Source: an uncultured virus (IMG/VR IMGVR_UViG_3300021255_000105) (Duplodnaviria; Heunggongvirae; Uroviricota; Caudoviricetes). Taken from it: 20,000 nt of DNA. The stretch lies in IMG/VR virus record IMGVR_UViG_3300021255_000105. The stretch is one strand, 5' to 3'. The position numbers were made by a program, and so were the translations under genes. The notes beneath the pieces are model-generated. The model did not search any database, was not told the DNA's origin, and saw only the letters and a program-made list of their open reading frames with translations. Positions 1-8,328 of this stretch are shown here, piece after piece. Position 1 is the stretch's first letter. Every line of letters starts with the position of its first letter.

Positions 1-3000
1 AGCCTTCTTACCGACTACTACGACGCGGAACTTCGCGTAAACGATAATATCAATAAAGCCATTCAGCGCCAGATTGAGGACGCGAAGGCAGAAATCCTCG
101 CGGATATTACCGGCTTTGAGAGCGCGATTGAGCAGACAATTCAGGAAATGAAGGACGTGCTGGATAACACGATTGAAACGTGGTTTGGCACGGGCGTTCC
201 TGATTTGACTAACTATCCAGCCTCCCAGTGGCAACCGTCCGAGTACGAATCCCATATTGGCGATTTGTACTATGATGACAATACCGGCGTAGGTTATCGT
301 TTCCAGCTTAACGAGGCAACCAACACTTACTACTGGAATATCCTCCAAGACACAACCGCGACAGCCGCCCTTGCACTGGCCCGCCAAGCAAAGGACACCG
401 CAGACGGGAAGCGCCGGGTGTTCCTCTCCCAGCCTACTGATGCGCAGGCATACGACGAGGGCGACCTTTGGCTTCACGCCACTATCGGGGCTTATACTGA
501 TGAAACGCTCGTTTGCCGGAGCGCCAAAGCCGCCGGGGTTGCTTTCAATGCCGGTGACTGGACTACTGCCACCAAGTACACGGACGATACGGTAGCAAAT
601 GCCGCGCAGGCAGCGGCTAATGCTGCCCAGCAAACCGCGGACAATGCCGCTACCGCCGCCTCGCGTGCTCAAACGAGTGCGGACAATGCCGCTACTATTG
701 CCAATGCAGCCACAACAAGGCTCGATAATTGGGCCGACGACGGCTATGTTTCCCCGACCGAAAAGCTCGCCCTCAAACAGCAGAAAGAGGAGGTCGATTC
801 GGACTACACGGAGATTATCGCCGACGCTGGCCGGTATGCAGTATCCACGACCGCGTTTGTTGCTGCCTATAATGCCGCTGTAACGGCTTTCAACAAATAT
901 ACGGCCTCCACCCCGGAGCTTATCGAGATAACGGCTGATTTCGGGGATATTGCGGCCTACTACGATGCGCGTTCGACTATCCTTGACACAATCGCAGTTG
1001 CGGCAAAGAAGGTTGCTACTGATGCGCAAGCCGCCGCCGATGCGGCCCAGCAAACGGCAAATGCCGCTGGTAGCGCCGCCGCCCTTGCTCAAACCGCCGC
1101 AGACAACGCGGCCACCGCTGCGGCTACGGCTCAATCTACTGCCGATGCGGCCAAATCTATTGCCGAGGCGGCTCGCGACAAGCTCGTTACATGGGGTTCG
1201 GACGGTTATATTTCCCCGACAGAAAAGACGGCTTTAATCCAGCAGCTTAAAGACGTCCAGACCGAGCGCGACCAAATTGTTGCGCAGGCTACGTCCTACT
1301 CCGTTTCCACTACGGCCTATCTGGCTGCTTATACCGCCGCCGTTTCCGCTTTCAACAAGTACACCGCGGCCACCCCGGAATCTATTGCGGTGGAGTCCGA
1401 TTACGCGAATATCGCGGCTTACTATGACGCGCGGACAATGATTCTCGATGCGATTTCCACCGCCGCAAAGAAAGTGGCAGATGACGCGCAACAAGCCGCC
1501 GATGATGCTGCCGCTTTGGCCCAAGACGCTATGGATGCCGCGGAGGCCGTTGCCGAGGCGCTGGAAAAGATTAACCTTGACGCGGTTTTGGACCAGTCCG
1601 AGAAAGAGGCTATCCGTACCACGTGGACGAGCATTAACGGCGTTGTTTCTACTGGCGTTATGGGAACGACCGGCACTTATTACGCGGCAAAGCAGATGAT
1701 TGAGGGCGTTTCCCACACTGGCCTTCCGGTCAAATACACTTTCAATGGAAAGGTTTATACCTTCCGTGGTGCTTATGACGAGGAAACCGAAACCTACGGG
1801 CGCGTCGTTTACACGATGAACAATATCGGCGAGGGCGCTCTCGATGCGGCCTACCTCGCCCTCCGGGAATACCTTAACTCCGTCCAGCTCAACATTGACG
1901 GAGAGTTTACCGGCTTTGACCGTGACACTTACGCCAAGCTCCTCCGCGATTACAACGTAGCGCTTAATAACGTGATGAAGGTGCTTTCCGACATTGCGAA
2001 GAAAGCTGCTGATGACGCGCAAAGCACGGCAAACGAGGCTTTGACCGATGCGCGGGCGGCAACCGGCCAACTTACCCTTTGGGGCGCAGACGGCGCGATT
2101 TCCCCTATGGAGAAACGCGGGCTCGTTCAAATCAAGGCCGACATTACCAAAGAACGCGATACCCTTATTGCAAAGGCCGTCATTTACGGAGCGGACTATA
2201 CCGAGTTCCAGCAGGCGTATACCCGCGCTATTACGGCCCTTAACAAGTACACCGCCGACTTAACCACCACGCAGGCCCGTGACGAGGATTACGAATATAT
2301 TGCCGCCTATTACGGCTACCGCGATATACTTGCCCGAAACGTGGACGAGCGCGAGAAGGCGGTTATTGACGCAAAGGCCTCCGCAAACGACGTGGAGTAT
2401 CTTACACAAGCTCTCGCAAAGGACGACACGGTTATTCAGGGTGGCGTTGTGCTATCCTCGTTCATTGGTGTAAAACGTGGCACTTCCGTTAAGGCCGCAA
2501 TCAACGCGAGCGCCGACGTGGCCGGGTTCCGTGATGCGACCAAAGGCGTACTGATGATTGCCGCCGGTATTACCGATTTGGCGACCGCGGTCACTACCGC
2601 CGCAACGCGAATCTTTGAGGACGGAACGATTGTAACCAATAGCCTTTATGCCCTGAATGGCGGTATAATTGGAGGCTTTGCGATTGGCACTACCAATATC
2701 CGCAACGGAATGACCTCCTACGCCGACCAATCCAACAACGGCGTTTATATCGGCACGGACGGAATCGCGCTCGGCGGTGGTAAAATTACGATGCACTATA
2801 CCGGCGCTTTAAGGGCCGTTAATGCAATCATAGAGGGCAAAGTGACCGCGACTTCTGGCGCAATCGGAGGCTTTACGATTAGCGACGTGGATTTATGGAG
2901 CGGCTCTGGGAACACCTATATTGAGCTAAACTCTGACCCGCTGGATTCCAATGCCTTACTTGTCGGCGGTGGGGCAAGTTCCGCACCGTTCAGGGTTACG

Positions 3001-3609
3001 AAAGCCGGTGAACTAACAGCGACCTCTGGTAAAATCGGCGGGTTTGAAATTGGCACAGACTCGCTCGGCGGCGCTTACGGAGAGGGCGACGTTGCTTATA
3101 ACGGCGGCGTTTACATTTACCGTGGCGGCAGTATTGGCATTGACGCGGGGATTCGCGGAAATAGAAAGCTTATCAGTCTTAATGTCAATAACTCGGTTTT
3201 GGCATCATTCTACTATGACGGCGGCTCGGAAAGCATAATCCCAATGCAGGTGACAAACAGGTTTGGCCCTATCGCAATCATGTGCGATTATGGCATGTTT
3301 GCTGGACTCCGCCCCCATATCAGTTCAAAGACAAGCGGCACTTTGACCGAATCCGAAAACGTTATCATTTGTAACAACTCGTCTGCAAGCACAATCTATC
3401 TTCCGAGTAGCCCGAGGAAGGGGCAGGCGTATTTGATTTTCCACCCGACAAGCACTACGCTTACTATCAACGGAAACGGGAGGAGTATACGAAGGTTGGT
3501 AGCAAGCGGCCTAACAACCGTCACCTCGACAAGCTCAACCTCAATCGAGTGTATTATGTGCAACTGGGACGGCAACTACTGGTATTTAACCTACATTAAA
3601 GTATCATAA
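1..3609 (+). CDS. Large phage tail fibre / minor tail protein (5'-truncated by the window edge)
   Basis: Frame 1 is open from base 1, so the ATG at 148 is internal. It has Ala-rich coiled-coil segments (AQAAADAAQQTA) alternating with a repeated DGxISPxEK...YYDAR domain, three GxIGGFxI repeats, and a C-terminal TIYLPSSP..G domain. It lies upstream of the DGR target and lysis genes. Confidence 0.8.
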   Translation, partial: SLLTDYYDAELRVNDNINKAIQRQIEDAKAEILADITGFESAIEQTIQEMKDVLDNTIETWFGTGVPDLTNYPASQWQPSEYESHIGDLYYDDNTGVGYRFQLNEATNTYYWNILQDTTATAALALARQAKDTADGKRRVFLSQPTDAQAYDEGDLWLHATIGAYTDETLVCRSAKAAGVAFNAGDWTTATKYTDDTVANAAQAAANAAQQTADNAATAASRAQTSADNAATIANAATTRLDNWADDGYVSPTEKLALKQQKEEVDSDYTEIIADAGRYAVSTTAFVAAYNAAVTAFNKYTASTPELIEITADFGDIAAYYDARSTILDTIAVAAKKVATDAQAAADAAQQTANAAGSAAALAQTAADNAATAAATAQSTADAAKSIAEAARDKLVTWGSDGYISPTEKTALIQQLKDVQTERDQIVAQATSYSVSTTAYLAAYTAAVSAFNKYTAATPESIAVESDYANIAAYYDARTMILDAISTAAKKVADDAQQAADDAAALAQDAMDAAEAVAEALEKINLDAVLDQSEKEAIRTTWTSINGVVSTGVMGTTGTYYAAKQMIEGVSHTGLPVKYTFNGKVYTFRGAYDEETETYGRVVYTMNNIGEGALDAAYLALREYLNSVQLNIDGEFTGFDRDTYAKLLRDYNVALNNVMKVLSDIAKKAADDAQSTANEALTDARAATGQLTLWGADGAISPMEKRGLVQIKADITKERDTLIAKAVIYGADYTEFQQAYTRAITALNKYTADLTTTQARDEDYEYIAAYYGYRDILARNVDEREKAVIDAKASANDVEYLTQALAKDDTVIQGGVVLSSFIGVKRGTSVKAAINASADVAGFRDATKGVLMIAAGITDLATAVTTAATRIFEDGTIVTNSLYALNGGIIGGFAIGTTNIRNGMTSYADQSNNGVYIGTDGIALGGGKITMHYTGALRAVNAIIEGKVTATSGAIGGFTISDVDLWSGSGNTYIELNSDPLDSNALLVGGGASSAPFRVTKAGELTATSGKIGGFEIGTDSLGGAYGEGDVAYNGGVYIYRGGSIGIDAGIRGNRKLISLNVNNSVLASFYYDGGSESIIPMQVTNRFGPIAIMCDYGMFAGLRPHISSKTSGTLTESENVIICNNSSASTIYLPSSPRKGQAYLIFHPTSTTLTINGNGRSIRRLVASGLTTVTSTSSTSIECIMCNWDGNYWYLTYIKVS

Positions 3610-3614
3610 CAACC

Positions 3615-3878
3615 ATGAAAAAAATTGATTTTCAGCACTTCAAAATGTTTCAAGACATTGCCCATGAGCAAGTGATAGAAACAGACGCAAGGAAAGACCT
3701 CGCGGACCTCCTTTACAAGAATGTGAACGGGGTTGCGGCCCTTGACCTTGCCATGCGCATCTTTAAATCAAGCGGGGAAATGGAACTCTCCGAGGATGAT
3801 TTGAAAATCCTCCAGCCGTTCGTGGAGGGTGGATTTACCCCGGCCTTCATTGACTCCTTTAACTCAAATCTTAAATAG
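3615..3878 (+). CDS. Small phage protein following the tail fibre (possible assembly chaperone)
   Basis: 87-aa ORF packed 5 nt after the tail gene and 3 nt before the next gene; function inferred from position only. Confidence 0.6.
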   Translation: MKKIDFQHFKMFQDIAHEQVIETDARKDLADLLYKNVNGVAALDLAMRIFKSSGEMELSEDDLKILQPFVEGGFTPAFIDSFNSNLK

Positions 3879-3881
3879 CCT

Positions 3882-5234
3882 ATGGCAGCAACAGAACAAC
3901 CAGTAACCGAATTGACGGTTTACACCGACCCGGCCCTCGTCGCCGGAAAAGCAGTTTTGCTTCACGACAAGACCACAGGCGACGCTATTCGCTTTGACGC
4001 GGAAAAGCTCGTTGCGGTCGCAAAGGATTTGTCCATGTTCACCGTGGACGGAACCTCTCTCATTCTCCGCGAAACCGCCAACTGCTATGTTGTGCGCACC
4101 CCCGGAGCCTATAAGTTTCCCCTTGTTTATGGAAACGGAATCAAACGCGGCGTTGCCAATGACGCGGCCTATACCCGTCAAGGAACAACCTATACCGCCG
4201 ACTTCGTGAACCACCTCGGAAACGCAATCACCTCGCCCTACATTGAGAAAAACGCCAACTGCCAGCCCGCCTCCGCAGGCCTCCTTTGGCAGACGCATCA
4301 AAGCATGATTACGAGCGTTTCGCTCGTGGAGGGTGGCGATTGTAAGTACATTCAGTTTACCGTGGGCCAAGTCCCGGCCACAAACGGAAATGCCGTTTTA
4401 TTCGTTAAGGACTCTGGCGGTAATATCATGTGGAGCTGGCACATTTGGCTGACCTCTGATTCGCTCGGCCCGGAAGTGTTCAAGAATAACACCGCCGTTG
4501 AGTACCAGCTTATGAGCGAAAACCTCGGCGCTATGTGGAACGAAGCCCGCACCCGGTCTTTCAATCCTCATTACCAGTGGGGGCGTAAAGACCCTATGGC
4601 TCCGCCCGCATCGTACTCCTCCACCTCCCAACACACGCTCTACGACATTAACAACAATGTCTATACCGGCTTTGGTGTTTTGGGTGCGGACTCTGACGAA
4701 CTTTCGACAAAGACCGTCGATAACGCGATTAAGAACCCTAACCTGTTCTTTACCCGTTACGACCAGACGAGCCACAACTGGAACAACCTTACGTGGTTTA
4801 ACAACTTCTGGAACGCTGCGGAAACCGCGTCATCCTCGCTTGCAGACAATCAGGCCAGCGCCGTAAAGACCATTTACGACCCGTGCCCGGTTGGATTCAT
4901 GCTTCCTTCTGGACGAGCCTTTACCGGATTTACAACGACCGGCGGAAACACCTCCGACTCGACACAGTTTAATGTTGTTGGCTCGTGGATTAACGGCTGG
5001 AATTTCAAGAAATCCGATTCGGACACTGTGGGTAATATGTTCCCGGCGTCCGGCTGTCGTGCCAATGGTACTGGAGCGTTCGCCAGTATGGCGAGTGGCG
5101 GCCACTATTGGTCTTTTGCTCCGAACTCACAGACCAACGCCCGTATCCTGTACTTCGACAGTGGCTACGTGGGCCCGCTGGACAACAGCAACCGTAGCAG
5201 CGGCTTTTCGGTGCGCCCTTGCCGAGAATTATAA
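3882..5234 (+). CDS. DGR target protein 1; Bacteroidota Fib_succ_major/C-type-lectin-like C-terminal domain, probable receptor-binding or adhesin protein
   Basis: Motifs ANCY, WSWHIW, MSENLGA, YQWGRKDP, YDPCPxG, FPASG.R, G.YWS and GFSVRP. The last 60 codons are VR1, which matches the TR. Located in the tail module. Confidence 0.9.
   Translation: MAATEQPVTELTVYTDPALVAGKAVLLHDKTTGDAIRFDAEKLVAVAKDLSMFTVDGTSLILRETANCYVVRTPGAYKFPLVYGNGIKRGVANDAAYTRQGTTYTADFVNHLGNAITSPYIEKNANCQPASAGLLWQTHQSMITSVSLVEGGDCKYIQFTVGQVPATNGNAVLFVKDSGGNIMWSWHIWLTSDSLGPEVFKNNTAVEYQLMSENLGAMWNEARTRSFNPHYQWGRKDPMAPPASYSSTSQHTLYDINNNVYTGFGVLGADSDELSTKTVDNAIKNPNLFFTRYDQTSHNWNNLTWFNNFWNAAETASSSLADNQASAVKTIYDPCPVGFMLPSGRAFTGFTTTGGNTSDSTQFNVVGSWINGWNFKKSDSDTVGNMFPASGCRANGTGAFASMASGGHYWSFAPNSQTNARILYFDSGYVGPLDNSNRSSGFSVRPCREL
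5045..5226 (+). repeat. DGR variable repeat VR1
   Basis: 182-bp ungapped match to 6080-6261 with 18 mismatches: 17 at TR adenines and 1 C->T. Confidence 0.97.
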
Positions 5235-5303
5235 TAATAAACTTTGCGGGAAGCCCCGCCTTTGGACGGCGGGGCTGTGGCCCGCGCGAAAGGAAAAAGA
5301 AAC
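5227..5303 (+). promoter_or_regulatory. IMH plus GC-rich hairpin (DGR retrohoming cis element) downstream of VR1
   Basis: AATTATAATAAT at 5227-5238, where the TR has GATTGAAATAGG. Perfect stem AGCCCCGCC(5252-5260)/GGCGGGGCT(5268-5276). A homologous block follows VR2. Confidence 0.8.
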
Positions 5304-5309
5304 TGCGCT

Positions 5310-5492
5310 ATGAAAGTATTAAAAATTGACGGCTTGAAAACCAGCGGAACTACGGTAATTGCCGCGGAGAAGGTTTTTATCGGAGCGGCAGAATCAAACG
5401 AGCTTATTGATAAGATTCGCGAGTTTGATTTAGCAAACTCCTCGCCGCTTATGTGTTACGACTTTTTGAGGACTCTTAAAGAAGAATTATAA
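5310..5492 (+). CDS. Small DGR accessory protein resembling the MutS C-terminal helix pair (MSL-like), 60 aa
   Basis: ATG at 5310; the longer track ORF from 5244 runs through the hairpin. The C-terminus LIDKIREFDLANSSPLMCYDFLRTLKEEL resembles the MutS tail pattern. Its stop overlaps the avd start (TAATG). Confidence 0.6.
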   Translation: MKVLKIDGLKTSGTTVIAAEKVFIGAAESNELIDKIREFDLANSSPLMCYDFLRTLKEEL

Positions 5493-5842
5493 TGGATTTC
5501 CATGCCTTGAACGTTTATAATACCGCGCGACGGCTTTACCGCCAGCTCGACCAAAGCACGCAGAAAGTAGCCCGCGAGGTGCGAATCACCTCAATAGCCG
5601 AGGCGAAGCGCTGGATAGAGTCAATCATGGAGAATATCGCGTTTGCAAACGAGGCTTTTGAATCAAAGGAAAACCGATTACAGCTCATTCAGCAAGCTAT
5701 TATTATCTTGCAACGGCTTGAAATCCGAGTAAGAATCTTCCTTGATTTAGGCTTTATCAAAAAGGCCGGATTCGACGCGATAATCGACCTTGAAGCGAGC
5801 GCCCTACGACAACTTCAGGGCTGGGAGAAAGCACAAAAATAA
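5492..5842 (+). CDS. avd: Accessory variability determinant (Avd-like four-helix bundle protein)
   Basis: 116-aa helical protein with L.VY near the N-terminus and QL.GW at the C-terminus, located between VR1 and TR/RT as in canonical DGRs. Confidence 0.8.
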   Translation: MDFHALNVYNTARRLYRQLDQSTQKVAREVRITSIAEAKRWIESIMENIAFANEAFESKENRLQLIQQAIIILQRLEIRVRIFLDLGFIKKAGFDAIIDLEASALRQLQGWEKAQK

Positions 5843-6079
5843 CTTTCATAAGCCCCCTGCAGGACCGGACTTGTAGAACCTGCCGTGATTGGCATTTTAC
5901 TCATGGGGTCTTTTTTTAATTCAGCGAGTCCCGCCTCTTCGCTTTTGAGTGATAGGCTATCTTATCCGCGGCTGGTCCCGGTAGCCCATTTTGCCGTCTG
6001 CGCATAACACCCGGCTTTATGTTCATTCAAGCGGACTTGCTCATACAGGGGTGTCGCCTCGCCCGCGTTGCGTTGTTGG

Positions 6080-6261
6080 GGCGTCCGGCTATCGTGCCAA
6101 TGGTACTGGAGCATTAACCAATATGGCGAGCAACGGCAACTATTGGTCTTTTGCTCCGAACTCACAGACCAACGCCCGTAACCTGAACTTCAACAGTGGC
6201 AACGTGAACCCGCTGAACAACAACAACCGTAGCAACGGCTTTTCGGTGCGCCCTTGCCGAG
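6080..6261 (+). ncRNA. DGR template repeat (TR)
   Basis: Intergenic adenine-rich copy of VR1 and VR2 with 16 AAY codons in the target frame (e.g. AAC AAC AAC AAC), located just upstream of the RT. Confidence 0.97.
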
Positions 6262-6300
6262 GATTGAAATAGGGGGCTTTCATAAAATAGTAAAACACAG

Positions 6301-7494
6301 ATGACTTATACTTACGAAGAAATACATAGGCGCGTAACGCTTGGGTATCTTAAAGCCCGGGAGGAAGAGCGAAACACTCCGGCGCAACTTGAATTTGAGT
6401 TGGGGCTGGAGGGTAAACTGCGCTCGCTCTCCTTCGCGCTCTTTCTTCGCCAGTGGTCGCCACTTCCGCTTGACTGGTTTGTGCTTACGAAGCCGTCAGT
6501 CCGGGAAGTATTCGCTCCGCAATTCCGCGATAGGATTGTAAGCCATGTGCTTTTCGATATTCTCATGCCGGTTTATGATAGGCTGTTTATCTACGACAGT
6601 TATTCTTGCCGTGTTGGGAAAGGAACCCTTTTCGGTATTAACCGTTTTAAACACCACCTCCGGAGCGTAACCAATAACTACACGCTTGAAGCATACGTCC
6701 TAAACCTTGATATTTCGGGCTATTTTATGTCAATAGACCGCCAGATACTTTACGGCCTTATCCACGCCGAAATCGAAAAATACGCGGCATTGCACGCGGA
6801 TTTCGACCTTGACTTTACGGAGTATCTTGTGCAAACATTCTTATTCCGTGACCCGTTGGCTGGTTGCGAGTACCACGGCAACCCGTGTTTGAAAAAACTC
6901 GTCCAGCCAAACAAGAGCCTTTTCGGTCAGCCCGAGGGAGTCGGCCTTCCGATTGGCGACGTTATCAATCAGCTTAATTCAAATATCTATCTTAACCCGT
7001 TCGACCACTTTGTAAAGCGCGTCTTGAAGATTCGCGGATATGGTCGCTATGTCGATGATTCCCGTTCGATACATAACAGTTACGCCTACTTGGAGGAGTG
7101 CAAAGAACGGTGCGCAGAGTTTCTTGCGGAGAAACTCCACTTGACGTTGAACAAAAACAAAAGCAATATAACCAGCGCTTACGAACCCAATACTTTTCTC
7201 GGCGCAATCGTAATGCCGTTTTATTCGACCGCAAGCGAAAAGACGGTGCAAAAGTTTGAGGACTACATGAAAGACTTAAACAAACGGATTGCGGCCCACG
7301 AGCCAATGAGCTTGGAAACGGAGCTTTCAAAGCTCAATTCCGTGCTTGGATATTTAGCGCATTTCAACTCCGAAAAGGTTGTGCGCGAGGCCGTTCAAAA
7401 GTCAATAGCAACACAAAAAGTATTCGGTTTTAATCTTGACAAGCATAAAGCAATCATTTTAACCCCAAATATCTATGAAGTACCAATTTTCTGA
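6301..7494 (+). CDS. DGR reverse transcriptase
   Basis: RT motifs: REVFAPQFRDRIVSH, SYSCRVGKG, LDISGYFMSI, GLPIGDVINQ..NIYL and the catalytic YVDD. Adjacent to TR and avd. Confidence 0.97.
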   Translation: MTYTYEEIHRRVTLGYLKAREEERNTPAQLEFELGLEGKLRSLSFALFLRQWSPLPLDWFVLTKPSVREVFAPQFRDRIVSHVLFDILMPVYDRLFIYDSYSCRVGKGTLFGINRFKHHLRSVTNNYTLEAYVLNLDISGYFMSIDRQILYGLIHAEIEKYAALHADFDLDFTEYLVQTFLFRDPLAGCEYHGNPCLKKLVQPNKSLFGQPEGVGLPIGDVINQLNSNIYLNPFDHFVKRVLKIRGYGRYVDDSRSIHNSYAYLEECKERCAEFLAEKLHLTLNKNKSNITSAYEPNTFLGAIVMPFYSTASEKTVQKFEDYMKDLNKRIAAHEPMSLETELSKLNSVLGYLAHFNSEKVVREAVQKSIATQKVFGFNLDKHKAIILTPNIYEVPIF

Positions 7495-7831
7495 ACCGCA
7501 GCGCAAGGCTGCTCTCAACAACGGTAAAATCCGTTGTTTCTACAACGAGGAAATCAAGCACGACGTTGTGGAAATCACTAACCCCGAAACCGAGGAAGTC
7601 ACTACGGAGGAGGTAGTAAACTATCTTTACGACGTGGTGGATATTGACGCCCCGGCAGAAAAGGGAAAAATCGTCGATGCGCTGATTCGCACCCGCTATT
7701 CGCAGTCAGACGTGGAGGCTATCATGCGCCACAAGATTGCCGGTGACGAAGGCGCGGACGAGGAGTTTAACGCTTTCAATGCTTTTGCCGAAACCTGCAA
7801 GGCCGAGGCAAAGCGCATACTGGAGGATTAG
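7475..7831 (+). CDS. Hypothetical phage protein
   Basis: 118-aa acidic ORF overlapping the RT end by 20 nt and ending 3 nt before the holin. Confidence 0.7.
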   Translation: MKYQFSEPQRKAALNNGKIRCFYNEEIKHDVVEITNPETEEVTTEEVVNYLYDVVDIDAPAEKGKIVDALIRTRYSQSDVEAIMRHKIAGDEGADEEFNAFNAFAETCKAEAKRILED

Positions 7832-7834
7832 GTT

Positions 7835-8326
7835 ATGGGAGAGGAACAGAGCTTTATCCTTCAAGGGAGCGTTTCGTCCGTGCTGGTGGCGTTTTTCCAA
7901 AGCGCCGTCTTGCGAATGATTCCCTACTCCGTTGCCGCCGTTCCGTTAATCGTGCTTGACTTGATTTACGGAATCCGCGCGGCAAAGTACCGTGGCGAGC
8001 GGGCTCGGCTCTCAACCGCCGTGCGCCGTTCCATGACAAAGACCTTCAGCTATGTTTGCTGGCTGATACTGGCAACCGCCCTTGCGCTTTCTTTTGAAGT
8101 GAAGTGGATTGAGTGGGTGGTGCTGGGAGCGGTCTATCTCAACGAGCTTGCATCCATTGTCGGCAACTATCTTGAAACGAAGGGTATTCACTTTTCCTAT
8201 GCCGGTTTTATTCGTCTGCTCTTTAAGAAGGGCGCAGAAAAGGCCGGTATCGAAGTGTCCGACGAGGAGGCAAACGAGCTTATCCGTCCCCGCGACTCTC
8301 GCGGAAGGTTTGTTAAAAAACAATAG
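7835..8326 (+). CDS. Holin
   Basis: Several hydrophobic segments, D..GI.A and E..SI..N motifs recalled from phage holin family 4, and a basic C-terminus. Directly upstream of the lysin candidate. Confidence 0.8.
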   Translation: MGEEQSFILQGSVSSVLVAFFQSAVLRMIPYSVAAVPLIVLDLIYGIRAAKYRGERARLSTAVRRSMTKTFSYVCWLILATALALSFEVKWIEWVVLGAVYLNELASIVGNYLETKGIHFSYAGFIRLLFKKGAEKAGIEVSDEEANELIRPRDSRGRFVKKQ

Positions 8327-8328
8327 CC

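Larger units (their letters stand above)
3882..7494 (+). mobile_element. Diversity-generating retroelement core cassette (target-VR1, MSL-like ORF, avd, TR, RT)
   Basis: All canonical components are present in order, and the TR/VR mismatches are adenine-specific. Confidence 0.95.

Noticed and set aside
1234..2130. 298-aa antisense ORF and other long ORFs overlapping the tail gene
   Set aside because: Shadow ORFs expected opposite a GC-rich, Ala-rich gene with strong codon bias; no motifs recognised.
5252..5276. Hairpin after target 1 as an intrinsic terminator
   Set aside because: No U-tract follows on the coding strand, and the homologous hairpin after VR2 sits mid-operon. A DGR homing role fits better.
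5991..6272. 93-aa ORF resembling the target C-terminus (NARNLNFNSGNVNPLNNNNRSNGFSVRPC)
   Set aside because: It is the TR read in the target frame. The Asn richness reflects AAC codons and the start is a non-ATG codon in the spacer, so it is not treated as a third target gene.
6301..7494. RT as a group II intron, retron or Abi-type RT
   Set aside because: The adjacent avd, TR and two VRs with adenine-specific mismatches identify it as a DGR RT, and no maturase or endonuclease extension is apparent.
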